This document shows, one piece after another, positions 29,101-38,323 of a stretch of DNA of 64,000 bases. The DNA is taken from assembly GCA_023246755.1 (NCBI GenBank), contig JAHFHU010000003.1, positions 3,854 through 67,853 on the forward strand, read 5' to 3'. The notes below the pieces were generated by a model that did no database searches, was not told where the DNA came from, and was given only the letters and a program-made list of their open reading frames with translations. This DNA is from Candidatus Magasanikiibacteriota bacterium (lineage in GTDB: Bacteria; Patescibacteriota; Patescibacteriia; Magasanikbacterales; 2-02-FULL-50-9b). Each line of letters begins with the position of its first letter. Position 1 is the first letter of the stretch. The translations under genes and the position numbers were made by a program.

Positions 29101-29202
29101 CATGCCTTGACACCAAAACTTTCTCGATCTATAGTTACTTCATCGTCGCCTGCTCCGCCGTCACTGGCCTGGGCAGGTTTTCCATATTATATTCTAAACA
29201 CT

Positions 29203-29838
29203 ATGAGGAGGGCATGTGTTTTTGTTGATGGGAGCAATTTCTATCATCGCGTTTTAAAAAATTTAGGTATTCAGGAGTCAAATTTTGATTTCAATGCATT
29301 TGCGCAATTTTTGGTTTCAAGCTATGCACCTTCTGAAAATCAGTTTCGACATTATTCTGGCGTCATCGCAGGAGTTTCATTTCATGAGATGTCAGACTCC
29401 GCAAAAGATCATCAGAAAACTATTCGGTCACTCATGAGTCTCGATTGTTGGTCAGTCATTACGGCAAAATTGAGAACTCGCAAGGAACATATAGTCATCG
29501 ATGATCGGGTGGATAATCATGTTCGATTGAAAGAGTTAGGTGTGGCCAAAATTTGTTTTTCAAGAGAGCGTGAAAAAACAATTGATATGAAAATCGGTCT
29601 TGATATGATGTTGGGCGCACTCGATAACCTCTACGATGTTGCAATTTTAATAAGTTCAGATTCAGATTTGGTACCCGTTTGTGAATTGGTAAAAAGCAGA
29701 TTTTGGAAACGTGTAGAATACGTTGGATTTCATATTATTGCACCAGACACCACTGTGCCGACAAAAGCTTTGATGTATGCAACTGATAGCCAAAGAATTT
29801 TTGGTCCTGATGATATTAAACGATTTGTCAGGCGATAA
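29203..29838 (+). CDS. NYN-domain (LabA-like PIN-fold) protein
   Basis: Start at MRRACVFVDGSNFYHRV (NYN DGxN motif). The upstream 32 codons of the track ORF overlap a promoter-like sequence. Confidence 0.55.
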   Translation: MRRACVFVDGSNFYHRVLKNLGIQESNFDFNAFAQFLVSSYAPSENQFRHYSGVIAGVSFHEMSDSAKDHQKTIRSLMSLDCWSVITAKLRTRKEHIVIDDRVDNHVRLKELGVAKICFSREREKTIDMKIGLDMMLGALDNLYDVAILISSDSDLVPVCELVKSRFWKRVEYVGFHIIAPDTTVPTKALMYATDSQRIFGPDDIKRFVRR

Positions 29839-29865
29839 GGTGTCTGATGTTATAATGTTTTTCAT

Positions 29866-30261
29866 ATGCCCCCCTTCCCCAAACTCTCCGCCCTCCTCAA
29901 AAAACACGCCAAAAATCCGCTCCTGACCCTCGTCACTACGGTGCCGGGTTCAAAGCAAACGGACAAACCGCAGCTGCATATTTATAGCAAAGCCGCGGTG
30001 GTGATCGAGAAGCGGCCGGCGCGACAAACGTTTGTCGTTGGAATTATTCAGCAAAAAAATCAGCTGGGGTTCTATAGTCTGGCGATGTACACGCATCCGG
30101 GTCAGATGGGCGATTTGAGCCCGCAGCTCAAAAAAGCGCTCAAAGGGAAATCATGTTTTTACATCACCGACGCAAACCTCACACCCGCCATGCTCGCCGA
30201 AATCGATGCGCACATTGCTAAGGCGATTGCGCTGTATAAAAAAGCGGGGTGGCTTGGATAA
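29866..30261 (+). CDS. hypothetical protein
   Basis: ORF with plausible codon usage; no motif recognised. Confidence 0.4.
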   Translation: MPPFPKLSALLKKHAKNPLLTLVTTVPGSKQTDKPQLHIYSKAAVVIEKRPARQTFVVGIIQQKNQLGFYSLAMYTHPGQMGDLSPQLKKALKGKSCFYITDANLTPAMLAEIDAHIAKAIALYKKAGWLG

Positions 30262-30344
30262 GTAGCTGTTGTGTGTACGCCAATGGATATTAAGCTATTT
30301 GTTGTATAATTGGGTTTAGAACAATAATACAACAACTTACACCT

Positions 30345-30797
30345 ATGCCCTGCATTTTTTGCTCCATCGTTTCCGGCGAAGCGCCGTCACACAAAATTTG
30401 GGAGGATGAAAATCATCTCGCGTTTTTGTCGATTTTTCCGAACACGCGCGGCACGACCGTGGTGATTCCGAAACAGCATGCGGCGAGTTATGTTTTTGCC
30501 GTCGCGCCAAAAATCATGCACGACCTGATGGATGCGGCGGCGAGAGTCGCGGCGCTGATCGACACGCGCCTCCCGAATGTCGGTCGCACCGGCCTCATCT
30601 TCGAAGGTTTCGGGGTCAACCATTTACACGCAAAATTATTTCCGCTCCACGACACCGCGGCACCCGATTGGCAACCGGTTAATTCGTCTGTGACCAAAAT
30701 GTTTGAAACCTACGAAGGCTATCTTTCGTCGCACGATGGCCCGCGCGCGGATGACAACGAGCTCGCGGAAATCGCGCGGGTGTTGCGTGGCACTTGA
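30345..30797 (+). CDS. HIT-family (histidine triad) hydrolase
   Basis: N-terminal CIFCSI..HKIWEDE and a histidine triad variant VNHLHAKLFP. Confidence 0.8.
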   Translation: MPCIFCSIVSGEAPSHKIWEDENHLAFLSIFPNTRGTTVVIPKQHAASYVFAVAPKIMHDLMDAAARVAALIDTRLPNVGRTGLIFEGFGVNHLHAKLFPLHDTAAPDWQPVNSSVTKMFETYEGYLSSHDGPRADDNELAEIARVLRGT

Positions 30798-30881
30798 CAA
30801 AAATAACAACACGTTATATATTTTATTCACGCATCGCCGCTAGGCGTCCTCTCCTCCTCACAAGGGAGGAGAGTTTATTTT
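30793..30881 (+). promoter_or_regulatory. promoter (TTGACA-n17-TATATT) plus structured leader (HP1 CGCC-gcta-GGCG; HP2 CTCTCCTCC-n6-GGAGGAGAG followed by a U-tract) preceding the PemK-like gene
   Basis: Read from sequence. Architecture and hairpins are conserved with compensatory changes at 31583..31680. Confidence 0.4.
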
Positions 30882-30891
30882 TAAGGGGGGT

Positions 30892-31290
30892 ATGTATCAA
30901 AAAGATTTTGACCAATGGAGTAAAGTCAAAAAACAAATAAACGTTAAAAAAGTTCGAATCACTATTCGGTCAGGCGATGTTCGGTGGATTATTTTTGGCG
31001 TAAATGTTGCAAGTGAAATCGACGGTAAGGGGGATTTATTTTTACGACCGGCTTTGATACTTCATGTGATTGGTGCGGATCTCGCGCTTGTCGTTCCTCT
31101 AACTTCGAAGCAAAAAAATATTCCCGGATATATACCATTTGCATTGAAGAAAAAATTTTGTTCACTATGTCTCCACCAAATAAAAGTAGTTTCACAAAAT
31201 CGCATGTTGTATCGACTTGAGCATGTTGCAGATAGCAGAGTGTATGAAGTGCAAAGACACGTCATGGATTTTTACGGGTTTCATAGATAA
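30892..31290 (+). CDS. PemK/MazF-fold endoribonuclease toxin-like protein (orphan, copy 1)
   Basis: SGDVRWIIFGVNVASEIDGKGDLFLRPALIL...LVVPLTSKQK...HQIKVVSQNRMLYRLEHV matches Kid/PemK/MazF motifs (GD[IV]W, RPxLIL, PLTS). Confidence 0.65.
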   Translation: MYQKDFDQWSKVKKQINVKKVRITIRSGDVRWIIFGVNVASEIDGKGDLFLRPALILHVIGADLALVVPLTSKQKNIPGYIPFALKKKFCSLCLHQIKVVSQNRMLYRLEHVADSRVYEVQRHVMDFYGFHR

Positions 31291-31316
31291 AGTTAAAGTG
31301 GCGTATACTATGCCTC

Positions 31317-31574
31317 ATGTACCACCTCTACCTTCTCCGCTGCGCCGATGACACGCTGTATGCCGGCATCACGACCGACCTTGTGCGGCGCGTCGAAGAA
31401 CATAGCACATCGGCGCGCGGTGCAAAGTACACGCACGCGCGGCGGCCGGTCGAACTCGTGTACAGCAAAAAATTTCGCACGCGCTCGACTGCATCACGCG
31501 CGGAATATAAACTCAAACAACTTTCGCGCGACGAAAAATTAGCGCTCATCAGTTTTCCACAAAAAAGTGGATAA
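31317..31574 (+). CDS. GIY-YIG nuclease superfamily protein (UPF0213/YhbQ-like)
   Basis: YHLYLLRCADDTLYAGITTDLVRRVEEH..GAKYT..RRPVELVY is a classic GIY-YIG small protein. Confidence 0.75.
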   Translation: MYHLYLLRCADDTLYAGITTDLVRRVEEHSTSARGAKYTHARRPVELVYSKKFRTRSTASRAEYKLKQLSRDEKLALISFPQKSG

Positions 31575-31582
31575 CCACGGCT

Positions 31583-31680
31583 TGACAAAATTTTTGTTCC
31601 GTGGAATAGTGTAAATACATTTCGCCGTTAGGCGCCCGAGCCTCCTCCATCACGGGGGAGGTGCATACTTTTAAGGAGGG
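31583..31680 (+). promoter_or_regulatory. promoter (TTGACA-n17-AATAGT) plus structured leader (HP1 CGCC-gtta-GGCG; HP2 CCTCCTCC-n5-GGGGGAGG followed by a U-tract) preceding PemK-like copy 2
   Basis: Paralogous to 30793..30881. Stems are conserved by covariation rather than by sequence identity. Confidence 0.4.
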
Positions 31681-31682
31681 GT

Positions 31683-32558
31683 ATGTATCAAAAAAATTTT
31701 GAGCAGTGGAATTTAATTAAGCAGCAGATAAATTATGAAAACCGTTCAGTACGAATTCGTGCGGGCGATGTTTGTTGGATTTTTGTTGGTGTAAATGTTG
31801 GGAGTGAAATTGATGGTAAGGGCGAATCTTTTCTTCGCCCAGCTTTGATTTTGAATGTTATGGGTGATGATTTGGTTCTAATCATTCCTCTCACGTCAAA
31901 ACAAAAACAATTACCGCGCTACATTCCACTCGAAATTCAAGATCGTACGAGCTTTTTATGTCTTCATCAATTAAAGGTAGTTTCTCAAAATCGTATTTTA
32001 CGTCGTATCGAGCATATTTCTGACTCGCGTCTCGCCTCCGTTCGTCATAACGTGCTATTATTCCACAACTTCACACCGACGCCTAAACCAAAACCTATGG
32101 CTCACATTCACGAACTCATCGATTTCACCGTGTCTTGCATGATTCTTCATCCAACCGAACCAAAAATTTTGTTAATTAATCACAAAATACTCAACACATG
32201 GCTGCCAATTGGTGGGCACATCGAACTCAATGAAGATCCGGACGAAGCGATCGCACGCGAAGTCGCTGAAGAGTGTGGTCTTCCGATCGAAATGATTTCG
32301 CGACGTCACTCCGGCGAATATCCGGAAACTAAAATGTTGCTCATCCCTGAAACTGTTGACATCCACACGATCAACACCGCGCACCGCCACATCAATTTCG
32401 GCTACCACGCACGTGCGCTCAGCGCAAACCCAAAACTTGCGCCCGAGGAGCATCACGATATTCAATGGTTCGGTGCAGACGAACTTGCCGACCCGAATTT
32501 TAACATCAAGCCCGCGGTCCGCGTCTACGCACTTGAATTTTTGCAAAAAAATGCGTAA
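31683..32558 (+). CDS. PemK/MazF-fold toxin-like domain fused to a C-terminal NUDIX hydrolase domain
   Basis: Residues 1-125 are paralogous to 30892..31290 (about 60 % identity). After a PTPKPKP linker comes the Nudix box GGHIELNEDPDEAIAREVAEECGL (GX5EX7REUXEEXGU). Confidence 0.6.
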   Translation: MYQKNFEQWNLIKQQINYENRSVRIRAGDVCWIFVGVNVGSEIDGKGESFLRPALILNVMGDDLVLIIPLTSKQKQLPRYIPLEIQDRTSFLCLHQLKVVSQNRILRRIEHISDSRLASVRHNVLLFHNFTPTPKPKPMAHIHELIDFTVSCMILHPTEPKILLINHKILNTWLPIGGHIELNEDPDEAIAREVAEECGLPIEMISRRHSGEYPETKMLLIPETVDIHTINTAHRHINFGYHARALSANPKLAPEEHHDIQWFGADELADPNFNIKPAVRVYALEFLQKNA

Positions 32559-32612
32559 CCGTCTATAATCGCGCGGGGAGTCTCGCAAGAGGCACCCCCG
32601 TTTATTTTTTCT

Positions 32613-33635
32613 ATGACCCTCGTCAACAACGCGGCTGCAGTTATCGCCGAAAATATCACGAAATCATACGGCTCTGTTCACGCGCTTTCGGGCGTAAGTC
32701 TTACGATTCCGTACGGCACGGTGCTTGGCCTACTTGGCCCGAACGGCGCGGGTAAAACCACGTTCGTGCGCGCACTCACAACGCTTCTTAAACCAGATAG
32801 CGGCCGCGCAATCATCGCGGGTTACGACATCGCAACTGATGGCGACATGGTTCGGAGCGTCATTGGCCTCACTGGTCAATTTGCTGCAATCGACGAATAT
32901 TTAACGGGCCGTGAGAATATCGAATTGGTCGGTAAGCTGTATCATTGGCCACGCGCGGCAATTAAAACGCGTGCAATCGAGTTGCTTGAAAAATTCGATC
33001 TCACCGACGCCGCAGATCGCTCATCAAAAACATATTCCGGCGGCATGCGTCGTCGTCTCGACCTTGCGATGAGCCTATTTAACAATCCAAAAGTTTTATT
33101 TCTTGACGAACCAACGACCGGACTTGACCCACAAAGTCGCATCGCACTCTGGCAAATTATCAAAGAACTTGTTGCGCAGGGGACAACCGTTTTGCTCACG
33201 ACGCAATATCTCGAAGAGGCGGATCATCTCGCGGACAATATCGTCGTGATCAATCACGGGCGCATCATCGCGGCCGGCACACCCGAAGAACTCAAAAAAG
33301 AAATTGGTGGCGACGTGCTCGAGGTCCATGTGCAACAGATCAGCGACACCGCGCGTGTCGCCGCGCTTCTCGCGCCGCTCGCACACGAAGCGCCACACGT
33401 GCAGCACGAGCTCGGGATGATCAGCATTCCGGCGGTGAGTGGCGCGGGAATTCTTGTTGAAGCGGTGCGTTTACTTGACGCTGCACACATCAGCATCGCA
33501 GATATAGCACTCCGTCGGCCAACGCTCGACGATGTGTTTCTCGCGTTGACCGCGCATGGGGGTGCTGACGCTGCGCCCGCGCCCACAACAGAATCCGTTG
33601 ATGTTGCTCCAAATTTTTTCAACCCAAATCTATGA
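32613..33635 (+). CDS. ABC transporter ATP-binding protein (ABC-2/DrrA-like)
   Basis: Walker A GPNGAGKTT, signature YSGGMRRRL, Walker B LFLDEPTTGLD. Confidence 0.85.
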   Translation: MTLVNNAAAVIAENITKSYGSVHALSGVSLTIPYGTVLGLLGPNGAGKTTFVRALTTLLKPDSGRAIIAGYDIATDGDMVRSVIGLTGQFAAIDEYLTGRENIELVGKLYHWPRAAIKTRAIELLEKFDLTDAADRSSKTYSGGMRRRLDLAMSLFNNPKVLFLDEPTTGLDPQSRIALWQIIKELVAQGTTVLLTTQYLEEADHLADNIVVINHGRIIAAGTPEELKKEIGGDVLEVHVQQISDTARVAALLAPLAHEAPHVQHELGMISIPAVSGAGILVEAVRLLDAAHISIADIALRRPTLDDVFLALTAHGGADAAPAPTTESVDVAPNFFNPNL

Positions 33636-34411
33636 GCGCACATAATTCTATCCTCAACATTGGCCGCGACGTCATCACGCTCACCGGTCGCAACCTCATC
33701 AAATACACGCGCCTCCCGCAACTCCTCGTATTTTCAACCATCCAACCAGTGATGTTCATGTTGCTCTTCACCTACGTATTCGGCGGCGCGCTCAAAACCG
33801 GCACGCGCGATTACATCTCATATTTGCTTCCGGGCATTCTCGTACAAACCGTTTTGTTCGGCTCGATGCAAACCGGCATATCGCTCGCCGAAGATTTGGC
33901 GCGCGGCATCATCGACCGTTTTCGTTCGCTTCCGATGGCGCAATCTGCGATTCTCGCCGCGCGCACCTTCACGGACGTCGTGCGCAATCTGTTTGTGATT
34001 TCGCTCATGACCGGCGTTGGTTTCATCATCGGATTCCGCATTCATCACGGCATTGCGCATTTTCTCGGCGGCCTTTGCCTCGTGTTGCTCTTCGGTTACG
34101 CATTTTCCTGGATTTCCGCAACGATCGGCCTCTTCGTCAAAGATGTTGAAACCGCGCAGGTCGCCGGATTTATCTGGGTGTTTCCGCTCGTGTTTGCCTC
34201 GTCGATTTTTGTTCCGGTGCAAACGATGCCGTCGTGGCTTCAGGCATTTGCCAAACACACACCGATCACCGCAACCGCAAATTCTATGCGCGCGTTGACG
34301 CTCGGTTTGCCGGCCGGCGATTATGTGCAACAAGCGTTACTCTGGGTCGCGGGACTGCTCGTCGTTTTCATCCCGCTCGCCGTGTACGCGTACAACAAAA
34401 AGAAGGGGTAG
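33632..34411 (+). CDS. ABC-2 type transporter permease
   Basis: Six TM helices; overlaps the ATPase stop, typical of a DrrB-like partner. Confidence 0.7.
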   Translation: MSAHNSILNIGRDVITLTGRNLIKYTRLPQLLVFSTIQPVMFMLLFTYVFGGALKTGTRDYISYLLPGILVQTVLFGSMQTGISLAEDLARGIIDRFRSLPMAQSAILAARTFTDVVRNLFVISLMTGVGFIIGFRIHHGIAHFLGGLCLVLLFGYAFSWISATIGLFVKDVETAQVAGFIWVFPLVFASSIFVPVQTMPSWLQAFAKHTPITATANSMRALTLGLPAGDYVQQALLWVAGLLVVFIPLAVYAYNKKKG

Positions 34412-34417
34412 TGTTTT

Positions 34418-35527
34418 ATGGAATTTTTTGCGCGGTTGCATGCAAAGTATTGGTGGTTTGAGCCGCTTCTTATTTTTATCATGTGGCGAGTGATCATCGA
34501 AATCGTCGCGCAATTTTTTTCTGCTCGACATCCGTTGGTTTCGTCATGGCCCGACAGTCCGTTTCCGCCGGTGTGGGCGCGCTGGGATAGTGGTTGGTAC
34601 TATTCAATTGTCAAAAATGGATATTCATATGGCGTGAACGTTCGGTCAAATGTAAATTTTTTCCCGTTGTATCCATTTTTATGGAAGGGCGTCGTCATGT
34701 CGCTTCGCATCCCGATTTTTTGGGCAGGTCTGCTCGTCTCGAACGCGTGTACGCTCGCGAGTTTTTTGATCATCTATCGCTGGGTGCAAAACATTTCAAC
34801 GACTAAACTCGCGCGGAACACAGTGATTGCGCTTGTGATGTTTCCGACATCGTTTTTTTTCATCAGCGCATATAGCGAATCGGTTTTATTATTTTGTACA
34901 GCGCTCACGTTGTTTTTTTCTTCAAAAAAATCATGGATTCTCGCCGCACTTTTTGCAGGCATGGGAAGTGCCGCACGGCCCGTTGGAATTTTTTTATTGC
35001 CGCTCGTCGTTCTGTTGTGGCTTCGTGAGACGTCGGTGCGCGATCGAAATTATCGCAAATTATTTTTTATAATTTTGTTGGGATCATCGGGGCTCGCTGC
35101 GTTTTCATTATTTTTGAAATATAAATTTGGAACGCCGATTGCGTGGATACACAGTCAGGAGGCGTGGGGACACAAGTTTGTGTGGCCGCACGAGCTCGTT
35201 TATTCGTATGCTCGAAACATGGTAACGCGCGGAGAAGATTGGATTTTACATGTGGTCGAAGTTTCGGCAGTCGGATTTATTGCCCTGCATCTCCGACGTA
35301 TGTGGCAGGCGAATCCCGCATATGCCATTTTTGCATTGCTCATGCCGCTGCTGTTATTGGTGAGTAACTCATTTTCATCATCACAGCGCTACATCCTTGT
35401 GGTCATCCCGCTATTTTTTGTGGTTGCGCATCAATCAAAAAAAATGTGGTTTTTTTACAGTGTTGTGTCTGTGCCACTTTCTGTCTTTGCAATTTACCGA
35501 TTTGTAACGGTGCAGTGGGTTGGCTAG
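34418..35527 (+). CDS. polytopic membrane protein, putative GT-C-type glycosyltransferase (mannosyltransferase-like)
   Basis: About 10 TM helices with loop motifs reminiscent of the PMT/ArnT-like fold; weak. Confidence 0.35.
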   Translation: MEFFARLHAKYWWFEPLLIFIMWRVIIEIVAQFFSARHPLVSSWPDSPFPPVWARWDSGWYYSIVKNGYSYGVNVRSNVNFFPLYPFLWKGVVMSLRIPIFWAGLLVSNACTLASFLIIYRWVQNISTTKLARNTVIALVMFPTSFFFISAYSESVLLFCTALTLFFSSKKSWILAALFAGMGSAARPVGIFLLPLVVLLWLRETSVRDRNYRKLFFIILLGSSGLAAFSLFLKYKFGTPIAWIHSQEAWGHKFVWPHELVYSYARNMVTRGEDWILHVVEVSAVGFIALHLRRMWQANPAYAIFALLMPLLLLVSNSFSSSQRYILVVIPLFFVVAHQSKKMWFFYSVVSVPLSVFAIYRFVTVQWVG

Positions 35528-35661
35528 CGAATGGATGGGGAGGCGTGGCTCCCATATCGTTGAGGATTTTTATGCACCGGTTTTCCACCATTGACAAAAT
35601 TTTTGATTCGTGGAACCCAGTAGTTTGTACGTCGCGCTGCGGCGGATAAATTTTAAGATCT

Positions 35662-36087
35662 ATGATGACGCATAGGAGGGTGCGATTGTTTGGGTATGTG
35701 GTTATTGAACGTGGAGTTGGAGAATTTGGGCCGATATATTCTGGCATTCGCGGGCAGGACGCAGTGAATTTTTTGTTGCAGGCAAAATCAGGTGAGGTAT
35801 TGGCTGCTTTTATGCATTCGGTTCTTGGGCCGATTGATTTGGTTTGGGGAGTAGAAACGGTTGGTGAGCGAAAGGGTTTTGGTCTTGCAAAAATTATCCA
35901 AAAACATCCCGAAGCGATTCATAGTCTGACAGAAGCGATAAAAAATAGCGAAATTGTTGAGGAACTTCCGGATAGACGTGTTCTTTTGTCACGTGATCAT
36001 GATCAGCAGTCCGTTATTGATTTGCAGTTTAACAATAAAAGTAAAAAGTGGTTGCTTACGTCGTATTTCCTTATAAAAATAACTTGA
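35662..36087 (+). CDS. hypothetical protein
   Basis: ORF only. Confidence 0.35.
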   Translation: MMTHRRVRLFGYVVIERGVGEFGPIYSGIRGQDAVNFLLQAKSGEVLAAFMHSVLGPIDLVWGVETVGERKGFGLAKIIQKHPEAIHSLTEAIKNSEIVEELPDRRVLLSRDHDQQSVIDLQFNNKSKKWLLTSYFLIKIT

Positions 36088-36260
36088 GCCCCCATTGCTG
36101 GGGGCTGACAACTTCTTTTCGAGCTTAAGCCAGATTACTCTCAAGTGAGCTTAAGTAAAAAATATCATACGCGATGCCGCACTGTCAAACCCTTGACACG
36201 CGCACAGGATTAGTGGTGTACTTTGTCATAACCCGAGTGGGTTATGAGGAGGTTGCATCC

Positions 36261-37364
36261 ATGATTGATACGTTTGTTGGCCGGACGGCTGACTCGCTCC
36301 CGCCTGAATTTGACATCATCAAAACTGGCCGCGGCTACACGATGGCTGGTTGGGATTTCAGCCGCGCCGAACTTGCGGCCGCGATCAATGCGCATCAGAT
36401 GCTCAATCCCGCGATGGAGCTTGGCACGAACGCGTGTCCGTGGAATTGCAGTTTTTGTTTCACGGAAAGTCCGGATAATCCGGATGGTGCAAAGCGGCGA
36501 CTCACGAATGAGATGTCGATCGCGCGGAGGCTCCAGCTTATCGATGAGGCCGCAGCGCTCGGTGCACGGTCAATCAATTTCGTCGGCGCGGGCGAGCCAA
36601 CGATCGATCCGAATTTTTGGCAGCTCATCGAGCGCATGCACCTGCGACACATCACGCCGATCGTGTACACCGAGGGTGCGTTACGTTTGACGGATCGCGC
36701 ATTTGTGCAGCGGCTGTATGATCTGGGCGCGACAGTCGTGTTCAAGGTGAACAGCTTGCATGACGAGGCGTACCAGAATGCGATTGTTGCGGGCGATGGT
36801 GTTCGCAAAAATCCGCGCAGCGAAAATTACACAGAGCGGCGCAACGCGGCGATCGATCTGTGCATGGACATCGGATTTCATCGGCATGACCCGACGCGTC
36901 TCGCGTTCGACACGATCGTGTGCGCGCAGAACGCGGGTGAGATTTTTGACCTGCATCGCTTCGCGCGGCGCAACAATATTTTCATCCTCATCGTGAATTA
37001 CTTGCCGAGTGGCCGCAGCACGGATCCGTTACATGGTGCGTTGTCGCGCGCTGAACAGTTTGATCTGTTTGCGCAACTTGCGCGGGTGGATCGCGAAGAG
37101 TTTGATCTTGAGCTCGCGAGCAGGTTTCCGTATGCGGGCGGCACACCGTGCACAATTCGTGGCATGGGTTTGTTCGTCAAAATTGGTGGGCGTGTGTTGG
37201 ATTGTCCGGGTGAATCAGAATCGCTCGGTGATCTACGCGAAAATTCGCTTGCCGAAATTTGGGGACGCGCGCGGCACATAACGCGTGCGCTCGACGGCGG
37301 GTGCGCCCCACGTGAAGTCGCGTGGGCAAAACAACGGAAGCAGTTATCGATCGAACGCACGTAA
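36261..37364 (+). CDS. radical SAM protein with C-terminal Cys-rich (SPASM/twitch-like) region
   Basis: CPWNCSFC (Cx3Cx2C), GAGEPT glycine-rich SAM motif, and C-terminal CTIRG...DCPGE..GGCAP cysteines. Start chosen at ATG with GAGGAGG 9 nt upstream. GC-rich. Confidence 0.7.
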   Translation: MIDTFVGRTADSLPPEFDIIKTGRGYTMAGWDFSRAELAAAINAHQMLNPAMELGTNACPWNCSFCFTESPDNPDGAKRRLTNEMSIARRLQLIDEAAALGARSINFVGAGEPTIDPNFWQLIERMHLRHITPIVYTEGALRLTDRAFVQRLYDLGATVVFKVNSLHDEAYQNAIVAGDGVRKNPRSENYTERRNAAIDLCMDIGFHRHDPTRLAFDTIVCAQNAGEIFDLHRFARRNNIFILIVNYLPSGRSTDPLHGALSRAEQFDLFAQLARVDREEFDLELASRFPYAGGTPCTIRGMGLFVKIGGRVLDCPGESESLGDLRENSLAEIWGRARHITRALDGGCAPREVAWAKQRKQLSIERT

Positions 37365-37655
37365 TTAAAAGCCCTCTGCAGTTTGGAAGTCGTGTAATTT
37401 CACGACTCATTGTAGGGGTTATTTTATATGGCCAATTTCATGTATTTGACACAAAATTTTAGATGCGTTATAACCGTAATTAAGTATGTACAATAAAATG
37501 GTTAACATCGAAGTGCATCTGATGAAAATGGCGGGCTATCCACCGCAAGTTTTGTATACCGACAAGCGAGGGCGTGTTGTTGATATCGTTGATAAAAAAT
37601 ATATTCCACGGTCAGTTAAGGAATTTTTTAGAAAATGTAAAGCCGTATAAAAACT

Positions 37656-38117
37656 ATGAGCAAGGAGGGGGTTGTTTTTGATTTTTCGTATAGAAAAAGC
37701 GGAGAAGTTACACCCGCAAAAGCGTTGGCATATCGAATCGATCCGGTTACGCGTCGGATTATTGAAGTGATCAAGCCTCGAACACATGAGTTTGAAAATA
37801 TTTTGCGTGCAACAGTCAAAGCGTTGCTCAAACAGAATAAAAAATTTCCAACAAATAAAGATGTCTTTGTTTTAATTGAGCATGGTTTGCACGCCACACA
37901 CGATTTTGAAGAGTGTGATGTGGACAATCGAGCAAAAACAATTTTGGACGCGCTTAAAAATGCTGTGTACCAAGATGACAAGCAAGTTTCAGTTTTGTGG
38001 ACGTGTAAAAAATTTTTGCGTTCCCAGCAAGAAAGTTATTTTACTATTTCAATCTGCATTTTGAATGTTGTAAAACGTCAGCAGATTATGCGAATGATGA
38101 AGTGTGTCGATGTTTAA
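37656..38117 (+). CDS. RusA-like Holliday junction resolvase (phage-type endodeoxyribonuclease)
   Basis: ECDVDNRAKTILDALKNAVYQDDKQV matches the RusA D-x-DN...K..DAL...DD-x-V catalytic motif. Confidence 0.5.
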   Translation: MSKEGVVFDFSYRKSGEVTPAKALAYRIDPVTRRIIEVIKPRTHEFENILRATVKALLKQNKKFPTNKDVFVLIEHGLHATHDFEECDVDNRAKTILDALKNAVYQDDKQVSVLWTCKKFLRSQQESYFTISICILNVVKRQQIMRMMKCVDV

Positions 38118-38323
38118 CATTTTTTTGTTTTTGTGTTCTGTGAGCGAGACTGCGCAGGCGTTGCGGACCGCCTTTTGATAATTTTGTTTTTTCTTTTGTG
38201 AAAGAGACTGCGCACAAGCATCATCGCGCAAATTTATTTTGCGCTTGGATGATGCGCGGAGGAACAAACGAAGATTTGCATGTGGCAATTCAAGAGGTCT
38301 CTTGAACAAAAGAAAAAACCAAA

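Noticed and set aside
29107-29202. First 32 codons of the track ORF for the NYN gene
   Set aside because: The sequence contains a strong sigma70-like promoter (TTGACA-n17-TATAGT) and encodes a low-complexity peptide. The NYN domain starts at the internal ATG 29203.
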